Source of the DNA: Limnobacter sp.
Lineage (GTDB): Bacteria; Pseudomonadota; Gammaproteobacteria; Burkholderiales; Burkholderiaceae_E
Length of the DNA stretch: 60,729 bases
Direction: 5' to 3'
Assembly: GCA_012513825.1 (NCBI GenBank)
Contig: JAAZBL010000140.1
Span: 1 to 60,729 of the forward strand
Made by a program: the position numbers and the translations under genes. Shown in pieces: positions 32,864 to 43,205 of the stretch. Each line of letters begins with the position of its first letter. The stretch's first letter is position 1. The notes under the pieces are model-generated. The model worked only from the letters and a program-made list of their open reading frames with translations. It was not told the origin of the DNA and did not search any database.

Positions 32864-33526
32864 TCACTCACCGTTCAGCAGCCTCGTGATGTCCTCGGCC
32901 AGCGGCTCGGCACCGGCGCCATGGCGCAGGAACAGCCGCAGCCGCCCCTGCGGGTCGAAGACGTAGCTGCCGGCCGTGTGGTCGATCGAATACGAGCCCG
33001 AGGACGAGACCTGGGTCTTCTGGTAGAAGACCTTGAAATCTTTCGCGGTACGGGCGATCCGGTCGGGGTCGCCCCACAGGCCGACGAAACGCGGATCGAA
33101 GGCCGGCACGTACTTCGCCAGCAACTCGGGAGCGTCGCGTTCGGGGTCGACCGTGACGAACAGCACCTGGACCCGGTCGGCCTTCTCGCCGAGCAGCTTC
33201 ATCGTCTCGGCCATCTCGACCAGCGTCGTCGGGCAGACGTCGGGACAGTGCGTGAAGCCGAAGAACACGACGACCACCTTGCCGCGGTAGTCCTGCAGCG
33301 TGCGCGGTGCGCCGGAATGATCGATCAGTTCGAAGCCGTTCTTCGCGATGTCCGAACCCGTGACGTCGGTGTTCCTGAATGCTTTCGCGCCGCGATCGCA
33401 GCCGGCGACGAAAACGATCGACGCGGCCAGCGCCCCGCCGAGCGCCGTTCGAAGCAGGCGGCGCCGCCGCGCCGTGCCGACGTCATTGCGGCTGGCGACG
33501 ATCGGCGAACGGGTCGAAATCGACAA
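32864..33526 (-). CDS. SCO-family copper chaperone (lipoprotein)
   Basis: FGFTHCPDVCP, VDPERD, IDHTAG; VAGC lipobox; TTG start after GGAGG (start uncertain). Confidence 0.92.
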   Translation of the reverse strand: MSISTRSPIVASRNDVGTARRRRLLRTALGGALAASIVFVAGCDRGAKAFRNTDVTGSDIAKNGFELIDHSGAPRTLQDYRGKVVVVFFGFTHCPDVCPTTLVEMAETMKLLGEKADRVQVLFVTVDPERDAPELLAKYVPAFDPRFVGLWGDPDRIARTAKDFKVFYQKTQVSSSGSYSIDHTAGSYVFDPQGRLRLFLRHGAGAEPLAEDITRLLNGE

Positions 33527-33543
33527 TGTTCGGAACCTCCGTG

Positions 33544-34458
33544 TTACAGAGCGCCTCCCGGGCGCAGATAGTGGTCGACCAGCAGCGCGCCGAACAGCGC
33601 CGCCAGGTAGAAAATCGAATACCCGAAGGTGCGCCGCGCCAGTGCGTCGGAATAATCGCGCCACAGGCGCCAGGCGAAGTGCAGGAAGACCGCACCGAGC
33701 ACCAGCGCGCCGGCCAGGTACAGCAGGCCGCTCATCCTGACCATGTACGGCAGCAGCGAGACCGCAACCAGCAGCAGCGTGTACAGGAAGACGTTGAGCC
33801 GCGTGAATTCGGACCCGTGCGTGATCGGCAGCATCGGCAGGCCCGACTTGCGGTAGTCCTCGATCCGATACAACGCGAGCGACCAGAAGTGCGGCGGCGT
33901 CCAGACGAAAACGATCAGGAACAGGATCAGCGCCTGGGCCGTGACCTCGTTGGCGACCGCCGCCCAGCCGAGCAAGGGCGGCATCGCGCCCGAAGCGCCG
34001 CCGATGACGATGTTCTGTGGCGTGGCCGGCTTCAGCAGGACCGTATAGACGACCGCGTAGCCGACGAAGGTGGCCAGAGTCAGCCACATCGTCAGCGGAT
34101 TGACGAACCAGTAGAGCAGCAGCGAGCCGGCGCCGCCGAGAACGCCCGCGAACGCGATCGTGCCCGGTACGCTGACCGTGCCGCGAGCCAGCGGACGTGC
34201 TCGCGTGCGCGCCATCCGCGCGTCGATCCCGCGTTCGATCAGGCAGTTGAACGCGAAACCGGAGGCAGCCAGCAGCGAGATGCCGGCCAGGCCCGCAACC
34301 AGGATCGTGGGCGGCACCCAGCCGTCGGAGGCCAGCAGCATCCCGATCAGCGCACAGAAGGCGGCCAGCAGCACGATCCGCGGCTTGGTCAGGGCCAGGT
34401 ACTGCGCCGCGATCTGGCGCCAGCCGGCAATGGTGTCGTCGACGTGAAAGGCTTGCAT
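33544..34458 (-). CDS. cyoE: Heme o synthase (protoheme IX farnesyltransferase)
   Basis: [40 protein letters not shown]. Confidence 0.95.
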   Translation of the reverse strand: MQAFHVDDTIAGWRQIAAQYLALTKPRIVLLAAFCALIGMLLASDGWVPPTILVAGLAGISLLAASGFAFNCLIERGIDARMARTRARPLARGTVSVPGTIAFAGVLGGAGSLLLYWFVNPLTMWLTLATFVGYAVVYTVLLKPATPQNIVIGGASGAMPPLLGWAAVANEVTAQALILFLIVFVWTPPHFWSLALYRIEDYRKSGLPMLPITHGSEFTRLNVFLYTLLLVAVSLLPYMVRMSGLLYLAGALVLGAVFLHFAWRLWRDYSDALARRTFGYSIFYLAALFGALLVDHYLRPGGAL

Positions 34459-34489
34459 GCTCGAAGCGAATGGATGAATACGACCTGAC

Positions 34490-35536
34490 CTAGATCTGCA
34501 GGCGGGCGCGCCGGGCGCGGAAATTCAGCACCACGAGCAGCCCCAGCAGCACCGCTGCAACGCCATTGTGCGCCACGGCGAGCGCCAGCGGCAGGCTGAA
34601 CGCGACGTTCGCCAGCCCCAGGCCGAACTGCAGCGCCAGCACACCGAGAATCGCCAGGCCGAGTTCGCGCTGTCCCTCGGTGCGCATCACCCGGTGGCCG
34701 AGCCAGCCGAGCGCGACCAGAACGACCAGCGCGCCGATCCTGTGCATCATGTGGATCGCCGTGAGGGCCTGCATCGGCAGATGTTCGCCCTCGGCGGTCA
34801 TGCCCAGTTCGCGGAAGATGTGGAAAGCGTCGGCGAAATTCATCTCGGGCCACCAGCTTCCCTGGCAGGTCGGCAGATCGGGGCAGGCCAGCGCCGCGTA
34901 GTTGGTGCTGGTCCAGCCGCCGAGCAGGATCTGCACCGACAGCAGCGCGAGGCCGACCAGGGCCGGCGCAACCAGCGCAGCCACCGGCTCGGGATCGATG
35001 TAGCGCGGCTGCGGCTGCTGTCGCAGCCAGAGCCACAACAGCAGCGCGAAGGTGATCAGCCCGCCGATCAGGTGGCCGGTGACGATCGCCGGCTTCAGCA
35101 GCAGCGTCACCGTCCACATTCCGAAGATGCCCTGCAGGATCACGACGCCGACCAGCGCGATCGGCAGCGTCGGCGACTGGCCGACTTCGTGCCGATGCCG
35201 CCACGCGACGATCGAGATGCCGATCACCAGCAGGCCCAGGACCTGGGCGATGTAGCGATGGATCATCTCGCGCCAGGCCTTGCCCATCGACACCGGACCG
35301 TGTTCGCCGCCCTGCTCGGCGACCGCCTGTGCGATCGCGTCCTTCGCCTGCACCGGCGTGAGCTGGCCGTAGCAGCCCGGCCAGTCGGGGCAACCGAGGC
35401 CGGCGTCGGTCAGGCGCACGTAGGCCCCGACCATGATCAGCACGAACGTCAGCACGACGGTGAGGCCGATCAGGCGCCGGTACCAGGGCGGCGAACGCGA
35501 GGGCAGCGGCGCGGGGGCGGGAAAGCGGTCCGACAT
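34490..35536 (-). CDS. ctaA: Heme A synthase (COX15/CtaA)
   Basis: [30 protein letters not shown]. Confidence 0.93.
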   Translation of the reverse strand: MSDRFPAPAPLPSRSPPWYRRLIGLTVVLTFVLIMVGAYVRLTDAGLGCPDWPGCYGQLTPVQAKDAIAQAVAEQGGEHGPVSMGKAWREMIHRYIAQVLGLLVIGISIVAWRHRHEVGQSPTLPIALVGVVILQGIFGMWTVTLLLKPAIVTGHLIGGLITFALLLWLWLRQQPQPRYIDPEPVAALVAPALVGLALLSVQILLGGWTSTNYAALACPDLPTCQGSWWPEMNFADAFHIFRELGMTAEGEHLPMQALTAIHMMHRIGALVVLVALGWLGHRVMRTEGQRELGLAILGVLALQFGLGLANVAFSLPLALAVAHNGVAAVLLGLLVVLNFRARRARLQI

Positions 35537-35537
35537 G

Positions 35538-36266
35538 TCAGCCGATCCTGGAAGCCTTGAGCAGTTTGAGGAGATCCTTCTTCATCCGGCTCGCGTTCGG
35601 CGCCAGAGGATAGCGAAGAACGAGGTTGCCGAGCGGATCCACGATCCAGACGTGATCCTGCGGGCGGCTGCCGTCGTCGACGGCGAAGCCCGCCCGCGCC
35701 ATCGCGTCGGCGTCGGCGCGGATGACGACCAGGCCGTCGTGAGCCTCGAGCAGGCTGGCCGGCGGCTGCGCGTCGGCCGGCACGATCCATGCACGCTCGA
35801 CGCGGTCGCGATCCTTGCCGGTGGTCAGTCGCAGTTGCCGCATCAGGTAGAGCCGGTGTTCGCAATCGGCGTCGCAGCTCGAGCCGCCGCCGGTCACCAG
35901 GACCCAGCGCCCCCGCAGGGCGGCAAGATCGGCCGGAGCGCCGTCGGGCGCCGTCCCGCGCAACTCGCCGACCGTGCGCAACGGTTCGAGCAGCGTCCCG
36001 TAGTTCGTCCGCCCCTCGGGACGGATCACGTAGTAGGTGAAGTAGGAAGCGATGATCGGGGCCGCGCAGATCAGCAGGATCCCCAGTGCGATCAGCCGGC
36101 CGCGGCGTACGCGCCGGCGCGCCCCGGGATCGGGCGACGCGCCTGCCAGGGTGTCGGACGCCGAGCCGGAGCGGCCATCGGCCGATGCGCCGGCACGGCC
36201 GGCGGCCTCGTGGCGATCGGACTCGCGGCTTTCGTAGTTCATCTGCAAACCACTCGAAGGACTCAT
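35538..36266 (-). CDS. Membrane-anchored thioredoxin-fold protein of the cox assembly cluster
   Basis: One TM helix, NYGTLL, CDADC (CxxxC), VDPLGNLVLRY, KDLLKLLKAS; ATGA-coupled to the SURF1 gene. Confidence 0.75.
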   Translation of the reverse strand: MSPSSGLQMNYESRESDRHEAAGRAGASADGRSGSASDTLAGASPDPGARRRVRRGRLIALGILLICAAPIIASYFTYYVIRPEGRTNYGTLLEPLRTVGELRGTAPDGAPADLAALRGRWVLVTGGGSSCDADCEHRLYLMRQLRLTTGKDRDRVERAWIVPADAQPPASLLEAHDGLVVIRADADAMARAGFAVDDGSRPQDHVWIVDPLGNLVLRYPLAPNASRMKKDLLKLLKASRIG

Positions 36267-37117
36267 GCTGCTCCACTTCCCGTCTTGTCATCGCGCCGGC
36301 GCGACCGCGTACGAAGCGGACGCCAGACGGCAAACCATCCCCAGAGCGCCGCCGTGGCCACCGCCATCGCATACCACTGGAACGCGTAGCCCCGATGCTT
36401 GTCGACGTCCAGTCCCGGCTGCGGCCAGTCGCGAACCAGTCCGTCGTCGAATGCCGCTCCGGCGCTGCCGACGATCCGCGTCGACCCGGTCTGCCGGATC
36501 AGCAGCGGCTGCAGGCGCAATCCCGACCAGTCGGCATAGCCGGCGAGCGACAGGTTCTGCCAGATCCGCTGCGACGGCCCGGGCGGCGGCAATCGCTTCA
36601 GCTCGAGCACCTGCGCGAGATCCTGCTGCGCGACGCCGGTCAGCTCGACCGGTCCGCCTGGCGCCGGCAAGACCGGAAGCCGCGTCCGTTCGGCGCGATC
36701 GTGCGCCACCCAGCCGCGCAGCACCAGTACGTGCATGGCCGCAGCCGAGCCGCCGGCACCGGGACGATCGCGAAGCTCGGCAGCATCGGCCACGTCGTCG
36801 ACATCCGCGATTCTAAGCGGTGTCAGCACATGGAATCCGGCAACGCCCTTGTACGTGCGGTTGTCGACGAAGACGCTGCGATCCGGAAGCAGGCGTCCGC
36901 GCACCGTGAGCAGCCGGCCGTCGAGCTCGCGTGCAGCGGCCTCGCCGAGCCTCTGCGCGCCCAGCGCCGTCGGGCCCAGTCGATCCGCGCGTTCGCGCTG
37001 TTCGTGCATCGCGAGCTTCTCTGCGGCCCTTCGGGACTGCCAGTTGCCCAGGGACACGGTGACGAACACGACGGCAAGCGCTGCAAGCGTCGGCGCCAGC
37101 GCCCGGACAAGCCTCAT
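36263..37117 (-). CDS. SURF1-family cytochrome oxidase biogenesis protein
   Basis: LGNWQSRRA, GFHVLTPL, VLRGWV, HRGYAFQWY. Confidence 0.92.
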   Translation of the reverse strand: MRLVRALAPTLAALAVVFVTVSLGNWQSRRAAEKLAMHEQRERADRLGPTALGAQRLGEAAARELDGRLLTVRGRLLPDRSVFVDNRTYKGVAGFHVLTPLRIADVDDVADAAELRDRPGAGGSAAAMHVLVLRGWVAHDRAERTRLPVLPAPGGPVELTGVAQQDLAQVLELKRLPPPGPSQRIWQNLSLAGYADWSGLRLQPLLIRQTGSTRIVGSAGAAFDDGLVRDWPQPGLDVDKHRGYAFQWYAMAVATAALWGWFAVWRPLRTRSRRRDDKTGSGAA

Positions 37118-37186
37118 CCGGCGCCCCGCACTACAATCCGCTCCTCGGCCGCCGCTTCGCTTGCCGCGGCCTTGCCGGAGTCAACC

Positions 37187-37408
37187 GTGAAATGGGTCAT
37201 CCTGATTGCATTCATCCTGATCATCGCCAGCCTGAGCTCGGCGGCGTTCTTCCTGATCCGTGATCGAGGCCGCACGCGCAACATGCTGAGGGCATTGAGC
37301 GTTCGCGTCGGGCTCTCGGTCGCGCTGTTCGTGTTCATCCTGGTCGCCCACCAGCTCGGCTGGATCGAGAGCACCGGCGTCCCGATCACGCGCACCGTTC
37401 CGCGCTGA
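37187..37408 (+). CDS. Twin transmembrane helix small protein (DUF2909-like)
   Basis: GTG after GGAG; KWVILIAFILIIASLSSAAFFLIRD...ALSVRVGLSVALFVFIL; usual divergent position between SURF1 and cox3. Confidence 0.85.
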   Translation: MKWVILIAFILIIASLSSAAFFLIRDRGRTRNMLRALSVRVGLSVALFVFILVAHQLGWIESTGVPITRTVPR

Positions 37409-37480
37409 GCCCGCACCTCGCGCCGCGTTGCGCTGAGGCCCACCGCGCCGCTCTTCTCCGCACCCGACTACACCGCACCG

Positions 37481-37542
37481 GCCACGTGGAAACGGGCCCG
37501 GCCAGGTCGAACCGGGTCCCCGCCACGTTGAACCGGGTCCGG
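37481..37542. repeat. Three tandem 20-21-bp copies
   Basis: gccacgtggaaacgggcccg / gccaggtcgaaccgggtcccc / gccacgttgaaccgggtccgg. Confidence 0.75.
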
Positions 37543-37652
37543 CCCGTAACGAAGTGGGCCTGCCGAGGCGGGCCACCTCGTTCACGAGTACATTCGACGC
37601 ATGCGGTCAGCGCCCGGGCCGCAAACCTGTCCCGCCGGACCACCGACCCGGA

Positions 37653-37684
37653 GCCGTCCGGTCGATGCGCCGTCCGGTCGATGC
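37653..37684. repeat. Perfect 16-bp direct tandem duplication
   Basis: gccgtccggtcgatgc x2. Confidence 0.85.
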
Positions 37685-37733
37685 AATTGCGCCTGATCGA
37701 CATCCGGATCCGCCCGATGGCCGCACGGACGAC

Positions 37734-37889
37734 CCCGCAGATCCCGGTGGACGCCGCAACTTCCCGGTGAACGCAGCAACTTCTCGGTGGACGCCGCAGA
37801 TCCCGGTGGACGCCGCAGCATTCAGGTCGGTACGGACTACTCAATGCAAGCCGCAGCTCATCGGTGAGCGCCGCAGCTTTATCGGTGCC
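37734..37889. repeat. Degenerate 19-20-bp tandem repeat array (about 7 copies, GCCGCA-N-CGGTG)
   Basis: cccgcagatcccggtggac, gccgcaacttcccggtgaac, gcagcaacttctcggtggac, gccgcagatcccggtggac, gccgcagcattcagg.., gccgcagctcatcggtgagc, gccgcagctttatcggtgcc. Confidence 0.8.
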
Positions 37890-37890
37890 G

Positions 37891-37915
37891 GCGGCAGGGT
37901 GCCGGACCCTGCCGC
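37891..37915 (-). terminator. GC-rich hairpin just downstream of cox3
   Basis: GCGGCAGGGT-gccgg-ACCCTGCCGC perfect 10-bp stem; no clear U-tract. Confidence 0.5.
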
Positions 37916-37930
37916 GGCGGCATCGCGGCC

Positions 37931-38797
37931 TTACATCCAGTAGACGACCACGTACAGGCCGAGCCAGACCACGTCGACGAAGTGCCAGTACCAGGCAGCC
38001 CCCTCGAAGCCGAAATGTCGATCGGGCGTGAAGTGCCCGTGCAGCACCCGGAACAGGATCACGGCCAGCGTCAGGGCTCCGACGCAGACGTGGAAGCCAT
38101 GAAAGCCGGTCAGCATGAAGAAGGTCGAGCCGAAGATTCCCGAGGACAGCGTCAGGTTCAGGTCGCGATACGCGTGGATGTACTCGAAAGCCTGGAAGCC
38201 CAGGAACACGATGCCGAGCAACACCGTCGTCGCCAGCCAGAAGATCAGCGAGCCTCGCCGGTCCTCCTTCAGCGCATGGTGGGCGATCGTCAGCGTGACG
38301 CCGGAGCTCAGCAGCAGCAGCGTGTTGATCGTCGGGATCGGCCACGGACCGATCGTCTCGAACGGTTCGACGACGTCGCCGGGGCCGGTATTCGGCCAGA
38401 CCGCCTGGAAATCGGGCCACAGGATGCTTCGATGATCGAGGTCGCCGAGCCACGGCATCGCGATCGCCCGCGCATAGAACAGCGCGCCGAAGAAGGCCGA
38501 GAAGAACATCACCTCCGAGAAGATGAACCAGCTCATCGACCAGCGGAACGACGTATCGACGCGATCGCTGTACAGCCCGCTCTCGGATTCGCGCGCAGCC
38601 TGGGTGAACCAGCCGATCAGCACGTAGGCGAGCAGCAGCACGAAGCCGGCGAACAGGAAGCGACCGAGCGCCAGTCCGTTGAACCACAGGGCGAGGCCCG
38701 AGCCGAACATCGCCATCGCGATGCCGCCGAGGATCGGCCACTTGGACGGTGCCGGCACGAAATAGTAAGGCGCGTTGGCGCGCACACCCGAAACCAT
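37931..38797 (-). CDS. coxC: Cytochrome c oxidase subunit III
   Basis: WFIFSEVMFF, NTLLLLSSG, TGFHGFHV, AAWYWHFVDVVW. Confidence 0.96.
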   Translation of the reverse strand: MVSGVRANAPYYFVPAPSKWPILGGIAMAMFGSGLALWFNGLALGRFLFAGFVLLLAYVLIGWFTQAARESESGLYSDRVDTSFRWSMSWFIFSEVMFFSAFFGALFYARAIAMPWLGDLDHRSILWPDFQAVWPNTGPGDVVEPFETIGPWPIPTINTLLLLSSGVTLTIAHHALKEDRRGSLIFWLATTVLLGIVFLGFQAFEYIHAYRDLNLTLSSGIFGSTFFMLTGFHGFHVCVGALTLAVILFRVLHGHFTPDRHFGFEGAAWYWHFVDVVWLGLYVVVYWM

Positions 38798-38827
38798 GTT
38801 CCTATCCCCCTGAAATATTCTCGTGCG

Positions 38828-39040
38828 TCAAGCGGCGGCCAGATTGGCGATGACCAGCAATACGATGATGAACACGGCGACCAGCAGCAGGCCCGTGAGG
38901 ATCACGTGGACCGGGTTGAGCTTCAGGTCGCTCTCGTAACCCTTGCGGCCGCGCACGCCGAACAGCGCCCAGCCGATCGTTCGCGCCATGCGAAGGAAGC
39001 CGGGCTTGTTGCGGTGCTCGTCCGGCACTGCTTCCACCAC
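38828..39040 (-). CDS. DUF2970-like small membrane protein
   Basis: WALFGVRGRKGYESD, NPVHVILTGLL; usual position between ctaG and cox3; start uncertain. Confidence 0.75.
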   Translation of the reverse strand: MVEAVPDEHRNKPGFLRMARTIGWALFGVRGRKGYESDLKLNPVHVILTGLLLVAVFIIVLLVIANLAAA

Positions 39041-39042
39041 GG

Positions 39043-39636
39043 TCAGATGCCCCGCTCGGCGGCCTCGCCGCTCGATGCGGTGCGGCCGCCGACTTCGAAG
39101 AACGTGTACGACAAGGTGATCGTGTTGACGTCCTTCGGCAGCTTCGGGTCGACGACGAAGACGACCGGGAACTTGCGTACCTCGTGGCCGCCCAGCTCCT
39201 GCTGCGCGAAGCAGAAGCATTCGAGCTTGCGGAAGTAACGCGCCGAGACCATCGGCGCGTAGCTCGGGATCGCCTGGCCGACCGTTGGCACCGCTTGCGT
39301 ATTGACGAGATCGTAGACGACGGTAACCAGTTCGCCCGGATGGACCTCGAGTGCGTTGGTTTCGGGCCGGAACTGCCATGCGCCGCGGCTGTTCGCGTCG
39401 AACTCGACGGTGATCCTTCGGCTCGTGTCGACCTGCGTGTTGCGGGCGAACTCCTCGGCGGCGCTGTCGCGCTTGGTCAGCAGGTTGATCCCGGTGACCT
39501 CGCAGAACTTTTCATACAGCGGGATCAGCGCGAAGCCGAAGCCGAACATCACGACGGTGACGAGGATCAGCTTGCCGACCATCCGCAGGTTCTGCGAGGC
39601 CCCGGGCGTCGGCTGCGAAGGCGGAGTGCGGTCCAT
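39043..39636 (-). CDS. ctaG: Cytochrome c oxidase assembly protein CtaG/Cox11
   Basis: MFGFGFALIPLYEKFCEVTG, KLECFCF, ITLSYTFF. Confidence 0.94.
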   Translation of the reverse strand: MDRTPPSQPTPGASQNLRMVGKLILVTVVMFGFGFALIPLYEKFCEVTGINLLTKRDSAAEEFARNTQVDTSRRITVEFDANSRGAWQFRPETNALEVHPGELVTVVYDLVNTQAVPTVGQAIPSYAPMVSARYFRKLECFCFAQQELGGHEVRKFPVVFVVDPKLPKDVNTITLSYTFFEVGGRTASSGEAAERGI

Positions 39637-39637
39637 C

Positions 39638-39748
39638 TCAGCTTCCGATCAGCATGCGGTTGACGATGACACCGATGAAGAACGCCAGCGCGATCGACAG
39701 CAGCACCAGTGCCGTGCGCAGGTTCTTTCTCCGGTCGGGTCCACTCAT
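39638..39748 (-). CDS. Small (36 aa) cytochrome oxidase-associated membrane peptide
   Basis: MSGPDRRKNLRTALVLLSIALAFFIGVIVNRMLIGS; single TM helix, between coxA and ctaG. Confidence 0.7.
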   Translation of the reverse strand: MSGPDRRKNLRTALVLLSIALAFFIGVIVNRMLIGS

Positions 39749-39780
39749 CGCCTGCCCCTTCGTCACGGTCGATCCGACGC

Positions 39781-41373
39781 TCACTTGACGACCGGCGGCG
39801 TTTCGAAGGTGTGGAACGGCGCCGGCGACGGCAGCGTCCACTCGAGACCCTCGGCGCCTTCCCAGGCCTTGGCCGGTGCCTTCGCGCCGCCCTTGATGCA
39901 CTTGATGACCGCCCAGAGGAAGATCAGCTGCGAGAGCCCGAACCAGAACGCACCGATCGTGATCAGGGCATTGAAGTCGGCGAACTGCATCGGATAGTCG
40001 GCATAGCGTCGCGGCATGCCGGCGAGCCCGAGGAAGTGCATCGGGAAGAAGGTCAGGTTGAACGAGATCAGCGAAAACCAGAAGTGGATCTGACCGAGCT
40101 TCTCGTCGTACATGTGGCCGGTCCACTTCGGCAGCCAGTAGTAGGCGCCGGCGAACAGCGCGAACAGCGATCCGGCCACCAGCACGTAGTGGAAGTGCGC
40201 AACGATGTAGTAGGTGTCGTGCAACTGGATGTCGAGCGGGGCCACGGCCACGATCACGCCGGTGAAACCGCCCATCGTGAAGACGAAGATGAAGCCGATC
40301 GCGAACAGCATCGGCGTCTCGAAGGTCATCGAGCCGCGCCACATCGTCGCGATCCAGTTGAAGACCTTCACGCCGGTGGGCACGGCGATCAGCATCGTCG
40401 AGTACATGAAGAACAACTGGCCCGTGACCGGCATGCCGGTCGTGAACATGTGGTGCGCCCAGACGATCATCGACAGGATCGCGATCGAGGCGGTCGCGTA
40501 GACCATCGAGCTGTAGCCGAACAGCTTCTTGCGCGCGAAGGTCGGAATCACTTCGCTGACGATCCCGAAGGCCGGCAGGATCATGATGTAGACCTCGGGG
40601 TGCCCGAAGAACCAGAAGATGTGCTGGTACATGACCGGGTCGCCGCCGGCGGCCGCGTTGAAGAACGCCGTGCCGAAGTGCCGGTCGGTCAGCAGCATCG
40701 TGATCGCGCCGGCGAGCACGGGCATCACCGCGATCAGCAGGTAGGCGGTGATCAGCCAGGTCCAGCAGAACATCGGCATCTTCATCAGCGACATGCCCGG
40801 CGCGCGCATGTTCAGCACCGTGACGATGATGTTGATCGCGCCCATGATCGACGAGGCGCCGAAGATGTGCACGGCGAAGATCCCGAGATCCTGGCCCATG
40901 CCCATCTGCGTGGACAGCGGTGCATAGAGCGTCCAGCCGGCCGCCGTGGCGCCGCCGGGCACGAAGTACGAGATGACGAGCAGCACCCCGGCCGCCGGCA
41001 GCAGCCAGAAACTGAAGTTGTTCATCCGCGCGAAGGCCATGTCCGACGCGCCGATCATCATCGGGATCTGCCAGTTCGCGAAGCCGACGAAGGCCGGCAT
41101 GATCGCGCCGAACACCATGATCAGCCCGTGCATCGTCGTGAGCTGATTGAAGAACTCGGGCTCCATGACCTGCAGGCCGGGCTGGAACAGTTCGGTGCGC
41201 AACAGCAGGGCGTTGATGCCGCCCACGATGAACATCGTGAACGAGAACCACAGGTACAGCGTGCCGATGTCCTTGTGGTTGGTTGCGAACAGCCAGCGGC
41301 GCCAGCCGGTCGGGTGGTCGTGCGCGTGATCGTCGTGCGCGTGATGGCCGTGCTGGTCGAGTACTGCGCTCAT
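39781..41373 (-). CDS. ctaD: Cytochrome c oxidase subunit I (aa3 type)
   Basis: [52 protein letters not shown]. Confidence 0.98.
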   Translation of the reverse strand: MSAVLDQHGHHAHDDHAHDHPTGWRRWLFATNHKDIGTLYLWFSFTMFIVGGINALLLRTELFQPGLQVMEPEFFNQLTTMHGLIMVFGAIMPAFVGFANWQIPMMIGASDMAFARMNNFSFWLLPAAGVLLVISYFVPGGATAAGWTLYAPLSTQMGMGQDLGIFAVHIFGASSIMGAINIIVTVLNMRAPGMSLMKMPMFCWTWLITAYLLIAVMPVLAGAITMLLTDRHFGTAFFNAAAGGDPVMYQHIFWFFGHPEVYIMILPAFGIVSEVIPTFARKKLFGYSSMVYATASIAILSMIVWAHHMFTTGMPVTGQLFFMYSTMLIAVPTGVKVFNWIATMWRGSMTFETPMLFAIGFIFVFTMGGFTGVIVAVAPLDIQLHDTYYIVAHFHYVLVAGSLFALFAGAYYWLPKWTGHMYDEKLGQIHFWFSLISFNLTFFPMHFLGLAGMPRRYADYPMQFADFNALITIGAFWFGLSQLIFLWAVIKCIKGGAKAPAKAWEGAEGLEWTLPSPAPFHTFETPPVVK

Positions 41374-41435
41374 TTCCCGGACTCCTGCGAATGCTCGGTG
41401 TTGCTTCGTTCTTTACGCGATGCGGGCGGGGCGGC

Positions 41436-42593
41436 CTACTTGCGCGCCGCGGCGACCTCGGCCGGCTGCACGATGCCGTCTTCGGCCTTGTTGCCCCACG
41501 CATTTCGGGTGTAGGTGATGACCGCCGCCAGTTCGACGTCGGACAACTGCTTGAACGACGCCATCGCGGTGCCGGCCCTGCCGTTCAGCACGACGTCGAT
41601 GTGGGCAGCCTGCTCGCCCAGCGCGACCTGCGAGCCTTCGAGCGGCGGGAACGCCGGCGGCACGCCCTTGCCGTTGGCCTGGTGGCAGGCCACGCAGTTG
41701 GCCTGGTAGACCTGTTCGCCGCGTGCGACCAGCTCGCCCTGCTGCCATTCCTTGTTCGGGTCGTCGAGCTTGGCGAGCATCGCCTGCTTCTGTTCCTCGA
41801 CCCACTTCGTGTAGTCCTCTTCGGACCTCACGTCGACGACGATCGGCATGAATGCGTGGTCCTTTCCGCACAGTTCGGCACACTGCCCGCGGAACACGCC
41901 GACCTTCTCGGCACGGAACCAGGTGTCGCGCACGAAGCCCGGGATCGCATCCTGCTTGACGCCGAACGCCGGGACCATCCACGAATGGATGACGTCGTTG
42001 GCGGTCAGCACGATGCGCACCTTGCGGTTGACCGGCACGACCACCGGATTGTCGACTTCGACGAGGTAGGTGGCCGTCTTCGGTTCACGGCCCTCGATCT
42101 GCGCGCGCGGCGTGGTCAGCGTGGACAGGAAGGAGATGCCTTCGCCCTCGCCGTTCAGGTAGTCGTAGCCCCACTTCCACTGGTAGCCGGTGGCCTTGAT
42201 CGTGAGATCCGGGTTCGAGGTGTCCTTCTGTTCGACGACCATGCGCGTGGCCGGCAACGCGAGCCCGACGACGATGAGGAACGGAACGATGGTCCAGGCG
42301 ACCTCGACCACGGTGCTCTCGTGGAAGGTGGCGGGACGATGGCCTTTCGACTTGCGATGCGCCCAGATCGCATAGAACATCGCGCCGAACACGAGGACGA
42401 AGATCACCGTACAGACCCAGAGCAGCAGCCAGTGGATCCAGTGCTGGTCGGCCGCGATCTGCGTGACCGGGTCCTGCAGGTTGAGCTGGTTGACCCGCGG
42501 CCCGCCGGGCATGTCGCCGACCGCATTGGCCACAGAGATCCAGCCGCCCAGAACCGCTGCTGCCAATGCGCCTGCCGCACGCTTCAGATTCAT
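41436..42593 (-). CDS. coxB: Cytochrome c oxidase subunit II with C-terminal cytochrome c domain
   Basis: EVAWT, GYQWKW, DVIHSW, CuA motif CAELCGKDHAFM, heme c motif CVACH; ATGA overlap with the DUF2244 gene. Confidence 0.96.
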   Translation of the reverse strand: MNLKRAAGALAAAVLGGWISVANAVGDMPGGPRVNQLNLQDPVTQIAADQHWIHWLLLWVCTVIFVLVFGAMFYAIWAHRKSKGHRPATFHESTVVEVAWTIVPFLIVVGLALPATRMVVEQKDTSNPDLTIKATGYQWKWGYDYLNGEGEGISFLSTLTTPRAQIEGREPKTATYLVEVDNPVVVPVNRKVRIVLTANDVIHSWMVPAFGVKQDAIPGFVRDTWFRAEKVGVFRGQCAELCGKDHAFMPIVVDVRSEEDYTKWVEEQKQAMLAKLDDPNKEWQQGELVARGEQVYQANCVACHQANGKGVPPAFPPLEGSQVALGEQAAHIDVVLNGRAGTAMASFKQLSDVELAAVITYTRNAWGNKAEDGIVQPAEVAAARK

Positions 42594-43111
42594 GCTGCCC
42601 ATCCGTTTCTTTCTTCGTCAAGCCGGACGCTTCCGATCGCATGCGGCGATCCAAACGCGCCTCTCAATTCCTGCGCCAGCGCCTGCCGCCGATCGTCGGG
42701 CACCAGCGCACCCACTTCGATCGTTCTTTCGGCCGTCACGATCCGGATCGGTCCGCGACGTGCACCGTCGTACTCAACTCTCGCCCAGGCGGGCCGATGT
42801 TCGACCCGCCGCAGCGTTTCCCCGTTCGACGTCTCGACGCTCAGCTCGCCGTCGCCGACAACGATCCGTTCGTAGTCGCAGGCATGCCTGCCCCACCAAA
42901 CGAAAACCGCGGCCAGCGCACCGACCTGGATCAGTGCGAACGGAATCACCAGCCAGGCTCCCCTCGCCGCGAACACCAACGCCAGCAGCATCGAAAACGC
43001 TGCAAGCGATCCGAACCAGCAGCCGAGCTGCCGCGGTGCAAGCGAGCAATTGCGCTTGATCAACCACTGGTGTCGACCAGCGTCGACAACATACTGCCAC
43101 TGGTAAATCAT
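42590..43111 (-). CDS. DUF2244-family membrane protein
   Basis: KRNCSLAPRQL, two TM segments, HACDYERI, EVGALV. Confidence 0.8.
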   Translation of the reverse strand: MIYQWQYVVDAGRHQWLIKRNCSLAPRQLGCWFGSLAAFSMLLALVFAARGAWLVIPFALIQVGALAAVFVWWGRHACDYERIVVGDGELSVETSNGETLRRVEHRPAWARVEYDGARRGPIRIVTAERTIEVGALVPDDRRQALAQELRGAFGSPHAIGSVRLDEERNGWAA

Positions 43112-43205
43112 GCGAAATCACACAACCCGCAGACCGGCACCGGTTTTCGGGGTGGCTCCCGTACGAGGCACCGGATTATAGGGTTGTCGTGGCTGCCCCA
43201 GCAAA

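Noticed and set aside
37734-37889. Possible CRISPR array
   Set aside because: Units are 19-20 bp, degenerate and head-to-tail without unique spacers, and there are no cas genes in the window.
37486-37943. Short ORFs in the cox spacer (37486..37770, 37554..37943, 37582..37821)
   Set aside because: Their translations merely reflect the DNA repeats; no RBS, codon bias or recognisable motifs.
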